NCBI RefSeq assembly: GCF_963921235.1
Contig: NC_086108.1
Coordinates: 73,534,001-73,598,000, forward strand
Origin: Mobula hypostoma
Lineage: Eukaryota
Length of the DNA stretch: 64,000 bases
Direction: 5' to 3'
Notes under the pieces: generated by a model
What the model saw: the letters and a program-made list of their open reading frames with translations, nothing else
The model's database searches: none
What the model was told of the DNA's origin: nothing
Program-made: the position numbers and the translations under genes
Part shown: positions 1 to 11,931 of the stretch, in pieces
How the letters are laid out: each line of letters begins with the position of its first letter
Numbering within the stretch: position 1 is the first letter of the stretch

Positions 1-611
1 GCATTACTGAGAATGAAACAAACTATTAATTTAATATAGTATAGTAGAGTGTAAAGTCAAGTGGTAAAACAATCCAAATAATACCTTATGTGCGATGAAA
101 CACACTTTGCAAAATTTGACAAGTAAACTGCATCTCTTTACAGAGGCAATATCTATTTCCTGCTGGAATGCTTGCTTTCCTGCTGTAAATAATTTTAATG
201 TATGCCAGTTCTCCAGTGAGATCAAATGCTTTAGAAATATTAAGTCTTTGTGTTAGACTCACATTTGAATTTTAGAAACTCAGAATAGAGCTTGGCTAGA
301 AGATGTTGCCTCCAAAGGAAAAAACAACATCTAAACATAAATTAAATTGCTTAGTTTTCTCTGCTTCAGTGGAAAAAGCACTGGAATGTCAAATCTTTCT
401 TTATAACTAGTTTCTTGTCTCTGGCATTAGCCTCAAGTTCAATGCCATATATGCTCCATGGTTTTGATATTTTCATAAAATACTATTCCTAAGACTTGCA
501 CATAAAAATATAGTACACGTATCACCAAAGTCAATGTTAATCAGGCACTCAAGATCGATGTCGTCGTGGCTATCGCTCGAGGTCGAGGATAATTGTCTTC
601 GTTCTGTTGAT

Positions 612-3600
612 CTATTTATGGGCTCTCAAGTGGCTTATGAGTCCAATCTTGGCTTTGAAAGTTCTTCTGCATTCAGGACAGGTAGTTCCTGATGGCAAAT
701 CAGGCTTTGGTTGTTGCTGCCTCTCTTTCCATTTTCTTCTCTTTTCTTCTAATTCTGCACATCTGTTGACTTCAAAAGTTGCTGTTCCTTCTCGGATGAT
801 GGCTTGCCAGAGTTTCCTGTCCTTGGCATTGGTTTCCCAATTGTTGATGTCAATGTTACATTTCTTCATGTTGGCTTTTAAGACGTCTTTGAATCTCTTC
901 TGTTGTCCGCCTCTTTTACGTTTGCCTTCTTTAAGCTGGGAGTAGAAGATTCATTGCGGCAGACGTTCGTGTTTCATCCGAACAATATGACCACTCCATT
1001 TTAGTTGGTTTGTGATGGTGTAGGCTTCAATACTTGTTGTTTTTGCTTCACTTAGCATGCTGATGTCGGTTCTTCTATCTTCCCAGCTGATATTTAAGAT
1101 GTTTCGAAGACAGTGTTGATGGAACTTTTCAAGTGCCTTCAGATGTTGTCGGTATGTTGTCCAGGTTTCTGATGCACACAGGAGCGTTGGGATTACCACT
1201 GCTTTGTACACTAATATTTTGGTGTTTGTTCAGATGCCACGATCATGAAAGACTCTTGTTCGGAGATGTCCAAAAGCTGCTCCAGTGCATTTAAGACGAT
1301 GTTGGATCTCGTCATTAAGGTCGACATTGGAGGAGAGGTGATTTCCAAGATATGGAAAGTGGCCCACATTTTCCAGGGTTGCTTCACCAAATTGAATTAA
1401 TGGTTCTATCCGTTTTGTCTCAGTTGGTGATGGTTGATAGATGATCTGAGTCTTCTTGGAATTAATGGTGAGCCAAAGTTTCGTGTATGCACGGTTGAAG
1501 GCAGTCAGAATCTGTTGTAGGTGGTTTTCTGAAAGAGCTGCAACACTGTTATCATCTGCGTATTGGAACTAGATGAGGGAACTCGTGGATGTCTTCGTTT
1601 TGGATTTGAGACGGGCAAGATTGAAAAATCTGCCATCTATTCTGTAGATAATTTCGATTCCTGGGGGTAGATCGTCCTTGATAATGTGGATGCTTGTTGC
1701 AATGAAGATGGTGAACAAATTTGGGGCAATCAAGCATCCTTGTTTTACTCCTGATCTAACTTGAAAAGACTCACAGTTACTGTTGCTGACCATGACTGTG
1801 GCAAACATGCCATCGTGGAGGAGTCTCAGGATTCGAATGTACTTTTCAGGGCATCCATAGGTGGATAGGACATCCCATAGGAATTCGCTTGATACCGAGT
1901 CAAAGGCTTTGGTGAGGTCGATGAATGCCATGTACAAAGGTTAAAGTTGTTCACAACATTTTTCTTGTAGTTGTCGCATTGTGAAGATCATGTCGATTGC
2001 TCCACGTGATGGTCTAAAACCGGCTTGTATCTCTGGAAGGATCTTCTCAGCTAAAGGCTTGAGTCGGTTGTTCATGATGCGGGTGAGGATCTTTCCTGCT
2101 GTTGCTAACAGGGAAATTCCATGATAGTTTCCTCATTCGGATTGATCGCCTTTCCTTTTGTAGATGGTAACAATTGCTGAGACTCTAAAGTCTGCTGGTA
2201 CGTCTTCATTTATCCAGATCTTGATGAGAAGTTGATGCAGTTGATAATAAAGCAGATTACCTCCAATTTTGTAGACCTCAGCTGGTATTCCATCGAGTCC
2301 AGCGGCCTTGTTGTTTTTCAAGGTTTTGATGGCTTCCTTGACTTCTTCAAGTGTTGGTATTTTGCTTAGGGAGTCGTTTTGGAATGTTGGTGTTAATCAC
2401 ATTCCTGTCAAATGAGACGGTTTGATTTAGAAGATCTTCTAAGTGCTCCCTCCATCTAGAATTGATGTCAGCATTGCTCTTCAGGATGGTTGAGCCATCT
2501 TTGCTTTTGAGAGGGGCTTGACCATGAGTGGATGGGCCAAAAATAGCTTTAGTTGCATAGAAAAAGCCTCGAGTATCGTTGGCGTCTGCTAGTTGTTGGA
2601 TTTCCTGAGTTTTCTTCCTCCACCATTGGTTTTTCAGGTTTCAGGTGCTCTTCTGGACTGCAGCCTTGCATTCCTGATAGCATTTCCTTTTGGTAGCCGA
2701 TTGTTTTGTTGGTCATTTTGTAAGGTAATGAAAGCTTTTCTCTTTTCATCGATGAGTTGTTGGAGTAGTTTGTCATTGTCATCGAACTAATCCTGATGTT
2801 TTTTCATCTTGAACCCAATTGTTTCTTTGCAGGAGGTGATGATAGCGTTCTTCAATTGATTCCAGTGTTCTTCTACAGACGGTGGGATTTGTTGAGACAG
2901 TTGTTCTTGGAGATTTTGTTGGAACTTCTGTACATGACTGATGGCTTGAAGGATGTCAACATTAAATTTCTTAATAGTGTTCTGATTTGGGTGTTTCATT
3001 TTGGGCCGAATCTTCATTCTCATGGTGGACGAGATGAGTCGATGGTCTGCCCAGCACTCGTCGGCACCAGTAACAGCTTTTGTTATCAGTACACCTTGTT
3101 GGTCCTGAGATCGTACGATGATGTAGTTGATGAGGTGCCAGTGTTTGGAGTGTGGATGCTGCCAGGAGACTTAGTGCCAGTTTTTCTGGTGAAATAGGGT
3201 GTTTATAATCAACAGGTTGTGTTCAGCACATTTGGTGAGGAGGAGTGTTCCACTGGCATTGACTTTGCCAACTCCTTCCTTGCTTATTATTCCAGTCCAG
3301 CGCCTATGATCTTTCCCGACTCTGGCATTGAAGTCTCCCAAGAGAATGATCTTGTCGTTGTTGGGAACAGAGGAAAGGAGGGGGTCAAGCTGGGCGTAGA
3401 AGTTCATCTTTACTTCATCTTCAGCATCCAGATTTGGAGCATAGGCACTGATGATGGTGACGTGTTGGTTCTTGACAAGTTGGATTCTCAGAGTCATGAG
3501 GCATTCATTGATTCCCAGTGGTTGCTCTGTCAGCTTCTGAAGTAGGCTGTTTCAGATGGCAAAACCTACTCCATGGATCCTCGGTTGTTCAAGATCAAGT

Positions 3601-3794
3601 TCTTTCCAGAAAAAGATGTATTGACCTGGCTATTCCTTTAGTTGCCCTTCTCCAGCTCTGCAGGTCTCACTCAGAGCAACAATGTCAAAGTTGAATTTTT
3701 AGAGTCCCCAGGCAACAAAGGCAGTTCTCCTCTCTGGTCGGTCTGAGTTTGGGTTATCCATAAGAGTTCGTATATTCCAGGTTCCAAATTTCAT
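612..3794 (-). pseudogene. RTE ORF (EN-RT-zinc finger) broken by several stops and frameshifts
   Basis: ORF-track pieces 3171-3497, 2787-3023, 2133-2321, 1569-1937, 951-1211 and 612-869 are collinear RTE polyprotein segments in different frames. Confidence 0.92.
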
Positions 3795-4333
3795 AGTTTC
3801 ACTTCTCGATGTTTTTCGACCGCATGATGGTGATCCCTCTGGACGCAGCTTTCCAGACAGGATGGGGTGAAGCAGACTATTTTTAGGGCACCTTTTCTAG
3901 CCCCTTCCCAGTTCAGGGTGAGCAGAGTGGATCCTAAATAGGGCTGCTCAGATGTGAATACTGCTGCCGAACAACTTTCCTGCTTCTGTCCAAAAGTTGA
4001 GCGACTGAATCAAGTATTCACCGCTTTCGTGCCGGTTCTTGACTAGGAGCTTCCAGCCATCACATTGCCTGCTCCCGTCGCCCTCCCCCGATCGCTGAAA
4101 GACTTGAAGAATTGGCCCACAGAGCGAAGACGCCTGTGCGTGTATTTGTTTAACGTGTACTTGATGTTGCACTCCAAGAAGCACACGATACTTCACAAAT
4201 CAACCAATTGATTCCAATGGCATGGAAACCACGACAATTGGAGCTGATGGATTTGTTGCAGCCTTCATCCGTCTTCACAGCCATTGAGTTCGAAGTAACT
4301 TCGTCCGCCTGTTCCACCGTTGAGGTTTTGGTT

Positions 4334-4478
4334 GGATTGTTCTTTGTCAGGGACCTCACCCTCGACCTTACCGCCATGGGTGACCCTACCAGGAGCATAG
4401 CTCCAGACGGCATCACTCTCAGGATCTCAGGACCACACAAGCTTCTCCACCGTGACAAGGTGACAATCCATGGAGAAG
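4334..4478 (-). ncRNA. Candidate HDV-like self-cleaving ribozyme at the RTE 5' end
   Basis: Minus strand: P1 CTTCTCC/GGAGAAG; P2 GGATTGT/ACAATCC; P3 ACC/GGT closing a 7-nt loop TTGTCAC; long P4 region; J4/2-like GACAAA. The fold starts at the element boundary. HDV-like ribozymes are established in RTE 5' ends, but the core here is non-canonical. Confidence 0.55.
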
Positions 4479-4519
4479 TCTCAAGATATTGAATCACTAA
4501 ACAAGAGGTAGACCTCATT

Positions 4520-6665
4520 GATCATTTCAAATCACACCCGGGGACTTTAGTCAGGCTTCTGCCTGATAAACATCAGCTATAGGGGTTCCAACACACTCGA
4601 CCACTGCAGTACAATGATAAGGAATGCCTACCAATCCATGCCCAGGCCACATTTCAGGAAATCTGATCACTTGGGTGTTCTTCTCCTAGCTGCATACAGG
4701 CAGAGGCTAAAGACCAAGGTTCCAGAGAGAATGACACACAAAGAGGTGGTCACGGGAGGCAGAGGAGTGGTTATGGGATTGCTTCGAGTCCGTGAACTGG
4801 GCCGTGTTCAAGAACTCATCAGAGGATCGGTTGTCATGGACTTTATGAAAACAGTTATAGATGAGTGTTGCGCCACAAAATCATTCAGACTCTTCCCCAA
4901 CCAGAAGCCCAGGATGAACCATGAGATCCGCAATCTGCTGAGGGCCAGATCACAGATGAGCTCACTTTGACCATTAAGACATGAAGGAACCTTCACAAAG
5001 TGCTAAAACCCCTGATGACCTTGTGATTTCTGTCTCTGAGGCCAATGTCTGAGCATCCTTCAAGAGAGCGAACCCATTGGGCCCAGCTGGGGCACCAAAC
5101 TGTATAATAATTGTGCTGATCACTGGCTGGAGAGTTCACCTATATCTTTAACCTCTTGCTTCAGCAGTCTGAGGTACCCACCTGCTTCAAGCAGGCTTCA
5201 GTTATATCAGTGCCTAAGAAGAACGTAGTAATCTGCCTCAGTGACCATCGTCCAGTAATACTTACGTCCAATGTGACAAAGTGCTTTGAGATGTTGATGA
5301 TGAAACATATCAACTCTGTCTGAGAAGTGACTTGGATTCACTCCAAATTGCCTACTGACGCAACAGGTCCACAGCAGATGCCATTTCATTGGCTCTTCAC
5401 TCAACACTGGAACACCTGAATTGCAAAGATACAAACATCAGGATTTTCTTTATCAACTACAGCTCAGCATTCAATACTATCATCCCCCCCAAAACTAACC
5501 AATAAGCTTTAATACCTTGGCCTCAATAACTCCTTGTGCAATTAGATCCACAACTTCCTCACTTGCAGACCCCAGTCAGTTCGGATTGACAATAACATCT
5601 CCATCAGCACAGGTGTACTATAAGACTGTGTGTTTAGCCCCCTGTTCTACTCACTTTACACCTATGACTGTGAGGCTAAGTACAGCTCCAATGCCGTGTT
5701 TAATTTTGCTGACAACACCACTGCTGTTGGTTGAATCAAAGTCGGTGAGGATACAGCGTACAAGAGGGAGATCAAAAATCTGGCTAAATGGTCGCACAAT
5801 AACAACCACTCACTCAATGCCAGCAAGTATGAGAAGCTGAATACTGATCAGGAGGAGGAAGCCATATGTCTATGAGCCAGTCCTCACTGGGGATCAGAGG
5901 AGGAGAGAGTCAGCAACTTTAAATTCCTCATGTATTATCATTTCAGTGGACCTGTCCCAGGTCCAGCTCGTAAGTGCCATTATGAAGAAAGCACAGCAGC
6001 TCCTCTACTTCCTTAGAAGTTTGCGAAGATTTGGTATGATATCTAAAGCTTTGACAAACGTCTCTAGATGTGTGCTGGAGAGTATATTGACTGGTTGCAT
6101 TATGACCTGATACGAAAACACCAATGTCATTGAATAGAAAATCCTACAAACAGTAGAGGATATGGCACAGTCCAGTATGGTTAAAGCCCTCCCCATTATT
6201 TAGCACATTTACATGGAGTGCTATCACAGGAAAGCAGCATCCATCATCAAAGGAGAGCTCCCCCTCCATCCCACAAACACACACACAGGCCAGGACTCAC
6301 ACCAGCAGTTTCAGGAACAGTTATTGTCCCTCAACCATCAGGCTCTTGAACCAGTGGGGATAACTTCATTCACCCCATCACTGAGCTCTTCCCACAACCT
6401 ATGGACTCACTTTAAAGGACTCTTCATCTCAAGTTCCCGACATTTATTGCTTATTTATTTATTATTATTATTTCTTTTTCTTTTGTATTTGTAGTTTGTT
6501 GTCTTTTGCACATTGGTCCTTTTATCGGCACAATTGGGTCTTTTTTTAATTGACTCTATTATGCTTCTTGGATTTACTGAATATGCTCACATGAAAACGA
6601 ATCTCAGGGTTGTGCATGATGATGTACAGTACACATACTTCGATAATAAATTTACTTTAAACTTT
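4520..6665 (+). mobile_element. Rex1/Babar-type LINE, 5'-truncated and decayed
   Basis: IRNAYQSMPRPHFRKSDHL, FPNQKPRMN, degenerate RT motifs (FADNTT), YFLRSLRRFG; 3' end AATAAATTTACTTTAAACTTT. Confidence 0.88.
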
Positions 6666-7229
6666 ACAATCATGCCTAAAACAATGCTTTGCACAATTTA
6701 CTAGTTGATTCTTGAATTCAATATATTTATATATACTTACTGTATATCTGTACATTTTATTCTTTTACATTCATTTTGAGGGAATAGGGGTCACGAAATT
6801 AACTTCTATAGCATCCACTCAGGGTTTAGGAACCACATGTCAATATGCTTCAAATATTCAGTATTTATACCTGTAATATTACATTTTTCACCTAGCCCAT
6901 TGGGAACAGCAACAGCATGTAAAGTGTGCAGAGCTGGAATATAACTGTTTCCATCTGTATGTAATATTAATGTGATCCTTGTAGTATGAATTATTCCCAA
7001 ACAATTTATTTAACACCAATTGTTTAAGGTACATGGAGAATCCTGGATTCGGCAATCAGAAATAACTGCATCCAGTGTGCAATTTGAAAGGATTATCAAT
7101 TATTTGTACGTTACTAGCTTACAGATCTCATCATGGTTTCTGAAGCCCATTGGGATCTTGCCAACTAAGACAGAGCATTGATTTCAATACTTTTCTGCTA
7201 AGTGCTCCCAGATCTGGAGTTTCATTATA

Positions 7230-7764
7230 CATTCAGTGGCCACCTTATTAGGTTCCTCCTGTATCTGATAAAGTGGCCAATGAGTGTATGTTTGTAATCT
7301 TCTGCTGCCGTCGCCCATTTACTTCAAGGTTCAAGGTTCAGAGATGTTCTTCTGCACGCCCTTGCTATAACGCATGGTTATTTAGTTACTGTCGCCTTTC
7401 TGTCAGTTTGAACCAGTCTGTCCATTCTCCTCTGACCACTCTCACTAACAAAGCGTTTTCACCCACAGAATGTTTTCTTTTCTATTGCACCATTCTCTGT
7501 AAACTCTAGACTACAGCGTGAAAATTCTAGAAGATCAGCAGTTTCTGAGATACTCAACCCACCTGGCATTAACAATCCTCCATGGTCAAAATCACTTAGA
7601 TCGCATTTCTCCCCCTTTCTGACGTTTGGTCTGAACAACAACTGAACCTCTTGACCATGTCTACATGCGGCAACACATTGAGTTGCAACCATATAATAGG
7701 CTGATTAAATTTTTACATTAATGAGCACGTGTACAAACATTCCTAATAAAGTAGCCACTGAGTG
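7230..7764 (-). mobile_element. Tc1-derived non-autonomous element (copy 1 of 4)
   Basis: TA flanks at 7228-29 and 7765-66; TIR CA(C/T)TCAGTGGCCAC(C/T)TTATTAGG; minus-strand Tc1 N-terminal HTH remnant KCDLSDFD..GLSISETADLLEFSR. Confidence 0.9.
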
Positions 7765-7849
7765 TAATCCTTCTTAATGCACAAGGAATAAAGGAAAGAT
7801 GCTGAAAGGGAGTTATATTGATTGCTGTTGGATTATTACTGTCACATGT

Positions 7850-8745
7850 CTATAACGGACTTTACATTTTTAAATTCTAATTGTGTTCCATATTGTATAA
7901 TTTTGTACAACTTATATTTAATTTGTTTTTTTTCTTGTGAGTGCTTTGTCTCTCATGCCTGTGTTGTATCTGCAACATTATGTACTTGGGCTTGTGACAA
8001 TAAACTCAACTTTGACTTTTAATGTTAATATTGATACTGTGAAAAGTTTTTGTGCTGTGTGCCATACAGAAAGATCATGCTACAGATAATTACACTGAGG
8101 AATCAAAGAGAAAACTGAATGCTGAAAATAGCATTACAGTTGGAGAGAAAGTGCTGTGCAGATTGACAAATAAAGTCCAAAGGCCACTGGGAGATCATGA
8201 GTTCAAGAGTTAATTTTCAGTATAGGATATGTCTGTCCAAGAGTCTGATAACAATGGGATAGAAGCTGTCCTTGATTCTGGTAGTATGTGCTCTTAAACC
8301 TTTGTCTTGAACCTACAGTGCTGATCGAAAAGCTACAGAACCTGGACCCCTGTGCCTCCCTCAGTACCTGGATCCTCAGCTTTCTAACTGGAAGACCGCA
8401 ATCTGTAGGGATTGGTAATAACATCTCCATCTCACTGACAATCAACACTGGCACATCTCGGGGATATGGTCCATGGCTTTACGCTATCTCTACCCATGCC
8501 TGCGTGGCTAGGCATAGCTCAAATACCATCTATAAATTTGCTAATCTGCGGATGATACAACCATTGTTGGCAGAATCACAGATGGTGACGAGAGGGCGTA
8601 CAGGAGCGAGATATACCAACTAGTGGAGTGCAGTTGCAATAATAACCTTGCTCTCAATGTCAGTAAGACCAAAGAGCTGACAGTGGACTTCAGAAAGGAT
8701 AAGACAAGGGAACACAAACCAATCCTCATTGAAGGATCAGAAGGG
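7850..8745. mobile_element. Cluster of Rex-like LINE fragments (3' tail +, 3' fragment -, RT fragment +)
   Basis: Tail GACAATAAACTCAACTTTGACTTT near 8000; LSTWILSFLTGRPQSV..INTG and IYKFA..DDTT RT motifs at 8300-8740. Confidence 0.75.
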
Positions 8746-8759
8746 GAAATATTAATTAT

Positions 8760-10075
8760 GCGGGTGACACAGAAGTATAGTGCTTAGCACTATCAGTTTA
8801 CAGCACCAGGTGATCACCAACGGGGCTCGATTCCTGCCACTGTCTGTAAGGAGTTTGTACGTTTTCCGCAGGCCCACAGGCTTTCCTCTGGGTGCTCCAG
8901 TTTTCTCCCACATTCCAAAGACATGCAGTTAGGGTTAGGGATAGTGAGCTGTGTGTAACACCTATGTAGCACCAGTCATATCGCATGTGACTAGTCACCA
9001 CACTCTTTAAGAAAATCAAATTATACTAGGTGCTAGTAGGCCATCAGAAGGTTCTAGGTATCTGAAGAAGGCAGTGAATAGAAACCACACACTTCTGGAG
9101 ACGAGTTTTGTTTATAAGAAAAAAACAATATGTACAAAATATTTACATGAGCAAGAACAATTGAAAATACAAACATTCAGTTTAGGTTCCAAGCAGTATA
9201 TCTACAAGTTGAAATTCAAAAATTATATATACACAGTTTAACTCCTTTCATGACAATTCTCCAACATCACAACTCTTAAACAAAGTAAATCTCATTAAGT
9301 AACTCATCAAAGTCTTTGCAAAAATAATCAGTTCTTGCAGAAAATCAAATTCAGATTCTTTGAATGAAAATAAACTTATACATCCAACCATATTCAATCT
9401 TCTGCATCATTACACATTACCTTCTTCATCTTGGGTGTCCGCCATCTTGTTTCTTGGTTCATTGGAATGAAATAGTTTATCATCCACAGAAAGTCAATTC
9501 ACAAACTTGTACAAAAACTTGACCAAATCCCTTGGTATGATTTTGCAGAACTGATTCCCGGCTACACGGTAGGGATTTTGGACAATGGCCTCTGCTGATA
9601 TTGTCTTGTTAAAGCTGTTGCATGTTATAGCTCTAGCTTCAATAAATCTTTATTCGCTATTGTCTCTCCTCCAGGAGTTTCACCCTGCGGTTTTCAAGTT
9701 AGTAGGGTAAAGATATTCACCAATAATCCCACTGTTAACAGTTCATGTCTTCAGCTTTTAACTGTTGTTGGGTTTCTCTCCTTGTCTATCCTATGTCCAG
9801 CCCACCCGGCCCTCGTATAGTGTTTTTTCAAAATTCTCCTTTTTTTAAAAAAAATCAGTAAACCTCATTTTCATCCCTCTGTAGGTAGAACTTTCTAAAT
9901 TTACAACTTTGGGTTTAATTAATCTGGGTTACTTGTGGGTATGCTATATTCGCACCAGAAGTGTAGTGACACTTGCAGGCAGACCGACACCACTCTCAGA
10001 CTGTGTTGATCATGATGCAAAGTGAAGTATTTCACTGTATGTTTCGATGTACATGTGACAAATAACACTAATTTT
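8760..10075 (+). mobile_element. tRNA-derived V-SINE split by a solo LTR
   Basis: tRNA-like head, V-domain GCTTTCCTCTGGGTGCTCCAGTTTTCTCCCACATTCCAAAGACATGC at about 8880-8927; body resumes at 9934 and matches the SINE tail at 49045-49170. Confidence 0.85.
8954..9933. mobile_element. Solo LTR of about 980 bp
   Basis: Starts TGTAACACC and ends GGGTTACT (degenerate TG..CA inverted ends); 4-bp TSD TGTG at 8950-53 and 9934-37; interrupts a SINE cleanly. Confidence 0.78.
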
Positions 10076-11414
10076 TCTCTCGTTAATTATCATATTTTTG
10101 ATTTTTTTTTCATGCTGGTGCAAGAAGCATCAAGCAAGGATTCGTAATCAGCAACACAGCACTTTGCTGTGGAGATGACAGACACATCCTGTTCCGAGTA
10201 AAATATTTCATCAGCTTTTCCCTTCAGAGAGACCAGCAGGGAGCAAGGTTGATGGAGCTCTGAGAAGATGCAGGAGGCCATTGACTGCATTCTGTGTTTT
10301 AAGGGTGACTTCTTTGAAGTCAAAGGTAATCCACCCCTCAAGGGACTTCACTCCCTGAATTTTACAGCTTGCCCAGAGGACTATGATGGTCACTGCTAGA
10401 TTCCCAGTATTGGTCACAGCTCTGTAATTATCTGAGCACTTGCTCTGGAGTTACTACATCAGACTGAAGGGTGGCTATTTGAGACAATAGAGCTCCGCTG
10501 AGAAATAAATCCAGCAGAGCTCTGACGTTCTCAAACGCACTCCTGCTGCCTAGATAAGTCTGCAGATATCTCAGAAACCACAGTGGAGAAGGCCTCCATA
10601 TTTGTGGTGGTATTCTCTATATCCCACAATCTGGACATTGTGTACGAGCAGGCCTTGGCAGTATCTGTGGAGAAGGACCAAGAGAAAACAAAAGAGAAAG
10701 ATGGAAGTAAGAAATGAGGTACCTCAGGAACTGATTTATGGAGACCTGGTACAAGACCAACCAATTCAACTCCAATTTCAGTAAACAATATCCCGAGCAC
10801 TAAATTCTGTTCCATCTGTTGCTGAACATCTGCTTGATGGCAATAATGTAATGACATCCAATCAATATTCCAAATCATATTTATATATCCTTTTATATTA
10901 CCACCAATTAATCACCCTTGGGCATATATGATTGGCTTCCAGGAGCCTTTGTCTGTCCTGATAGTACACTGGTACTCCTCGAGTGCCTGTAATCTGTGTG
11001 CAATGGACTTCTTGTTAAATGGAGAAGGCTGCAGATGGCCTTGACAGCTGACCCCATGAAACACTTGAGCCAAAAAAAAAAAATTGGCATTAGATTACAT
11101 GGCATTCCCTTGCCATAAGTAGCTGTGCTCAGGCTAACTGACTTAACAGGGTAACCTTGCCAACATTTTTGAGGTGCTATTGGTGTAAACACAAGTGAGA
11201 GAATGCTCTACAAATCCAGTGCTTCAACAATCATTTAAGGCGTTGGAGCCACACCAAGGCACATTCAGACTCCACTGGAACGCTGCTGCCTGGAGGCCTG
11301 GTGGCAACAGGCTGACCCTACTTCACACTCAGTGACTTGAGCAGCAAGGGAAGCTGAAAGATTTGCCACTCAGTCCTCATGGGGGCGGGGGGGGGGGGAT
11401 TGGATCTATATGTC

Positions 11415-11930
11415 CTGGGTGTCTTCTGGCCACCTCATTATAGGAAGGATGTGGAAGCCTTAGAGAGGGTGCAGAGGGGATTGCCAGGATGCTGCCTGGA
11501 TTAGGGAGCATGTTTTAAGAGAACAGGTTGAGCAAGCTACGGTTTTTCTCCTTGGAGCAAAAGAATATGAGAGGTGACGTGATAAGAGGTGAACAAGGTG
11601 ATGAAAGGCGTTGATCTAGTGGACAGCCAGAAACTTTTTCACAGGGCAGAAATGGCTAATACAAGGGGCCATAATTTTAAGGTGATTAGAGCAAATGATA
11701 GGAGGGGATATCATAGGTAGGTTATTTTACAGAGAGTGATGGGTGTGTGGAATACCCTGCCGGGTGCGGACATTAGGGGGATTTAAGAAACTCTTAGATA
11801 AGCACATGGATGATAGGAAAATGGAGGGTTCAGTAGGAGGGAAGGGTTTAGTTGATATAGAATAGGTTAAAAGGTTGGCCCAACATCATGGGCTGAAGGA
11901 CCAGGACTGTGTGCAATGTACTATGTTCTG
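11415..11930 (+). mobile_element. CR1 LINE 3' fragment (old)
   Basis: FWPPHYRKDVEALERVQR-type C-terminus followed by a CR1 3' UTR and tail. Confidence 0.85.
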
Positions 11931-11931
11931 T

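Larger units (their letters stand above)
556..4479 (-). mobile_element. Full-length RTE-clade non-LTR retrotransposon, coding region decayed
   Basis: Minus-strand fragments give an APE endonuclease (MKFGTWNIRT from ATG at 3794; ISAYAP..ILLGDFNARVG), RT (KAAGLDGIPAE, FIDLTKAFD, GVKQGCLIAP, QYADD at 1551-1565) and a C-terminal C2H2 finger (CPECRRTFKAKIGLISHLRAH, stop at 612). Short (GAC)n-like tail. TSD CTCAAGAT at 548-555 and 4480-4487. Confidence 0.95.

Noticed and set aside
31..330. Possible minus-strand exons with GT donors near 86 and 262
   Set aside because: Translations are unrecognisable and no consistent multi-exon frame could be built.
4150..4518. ORFs conserved between 4.2 kb and 53.9 kb suggesting a small gene family
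   Set aside because: They lie in the shared RTE 5' UTR and their starts fall in different flanking DNA; similarity reflects repeat identity.
8927..8940. GTTAGGGTTAGGG as an interstitial telomere (also at 47751)
   Set aside because: Only two units, and part of the SINE body in both copies.
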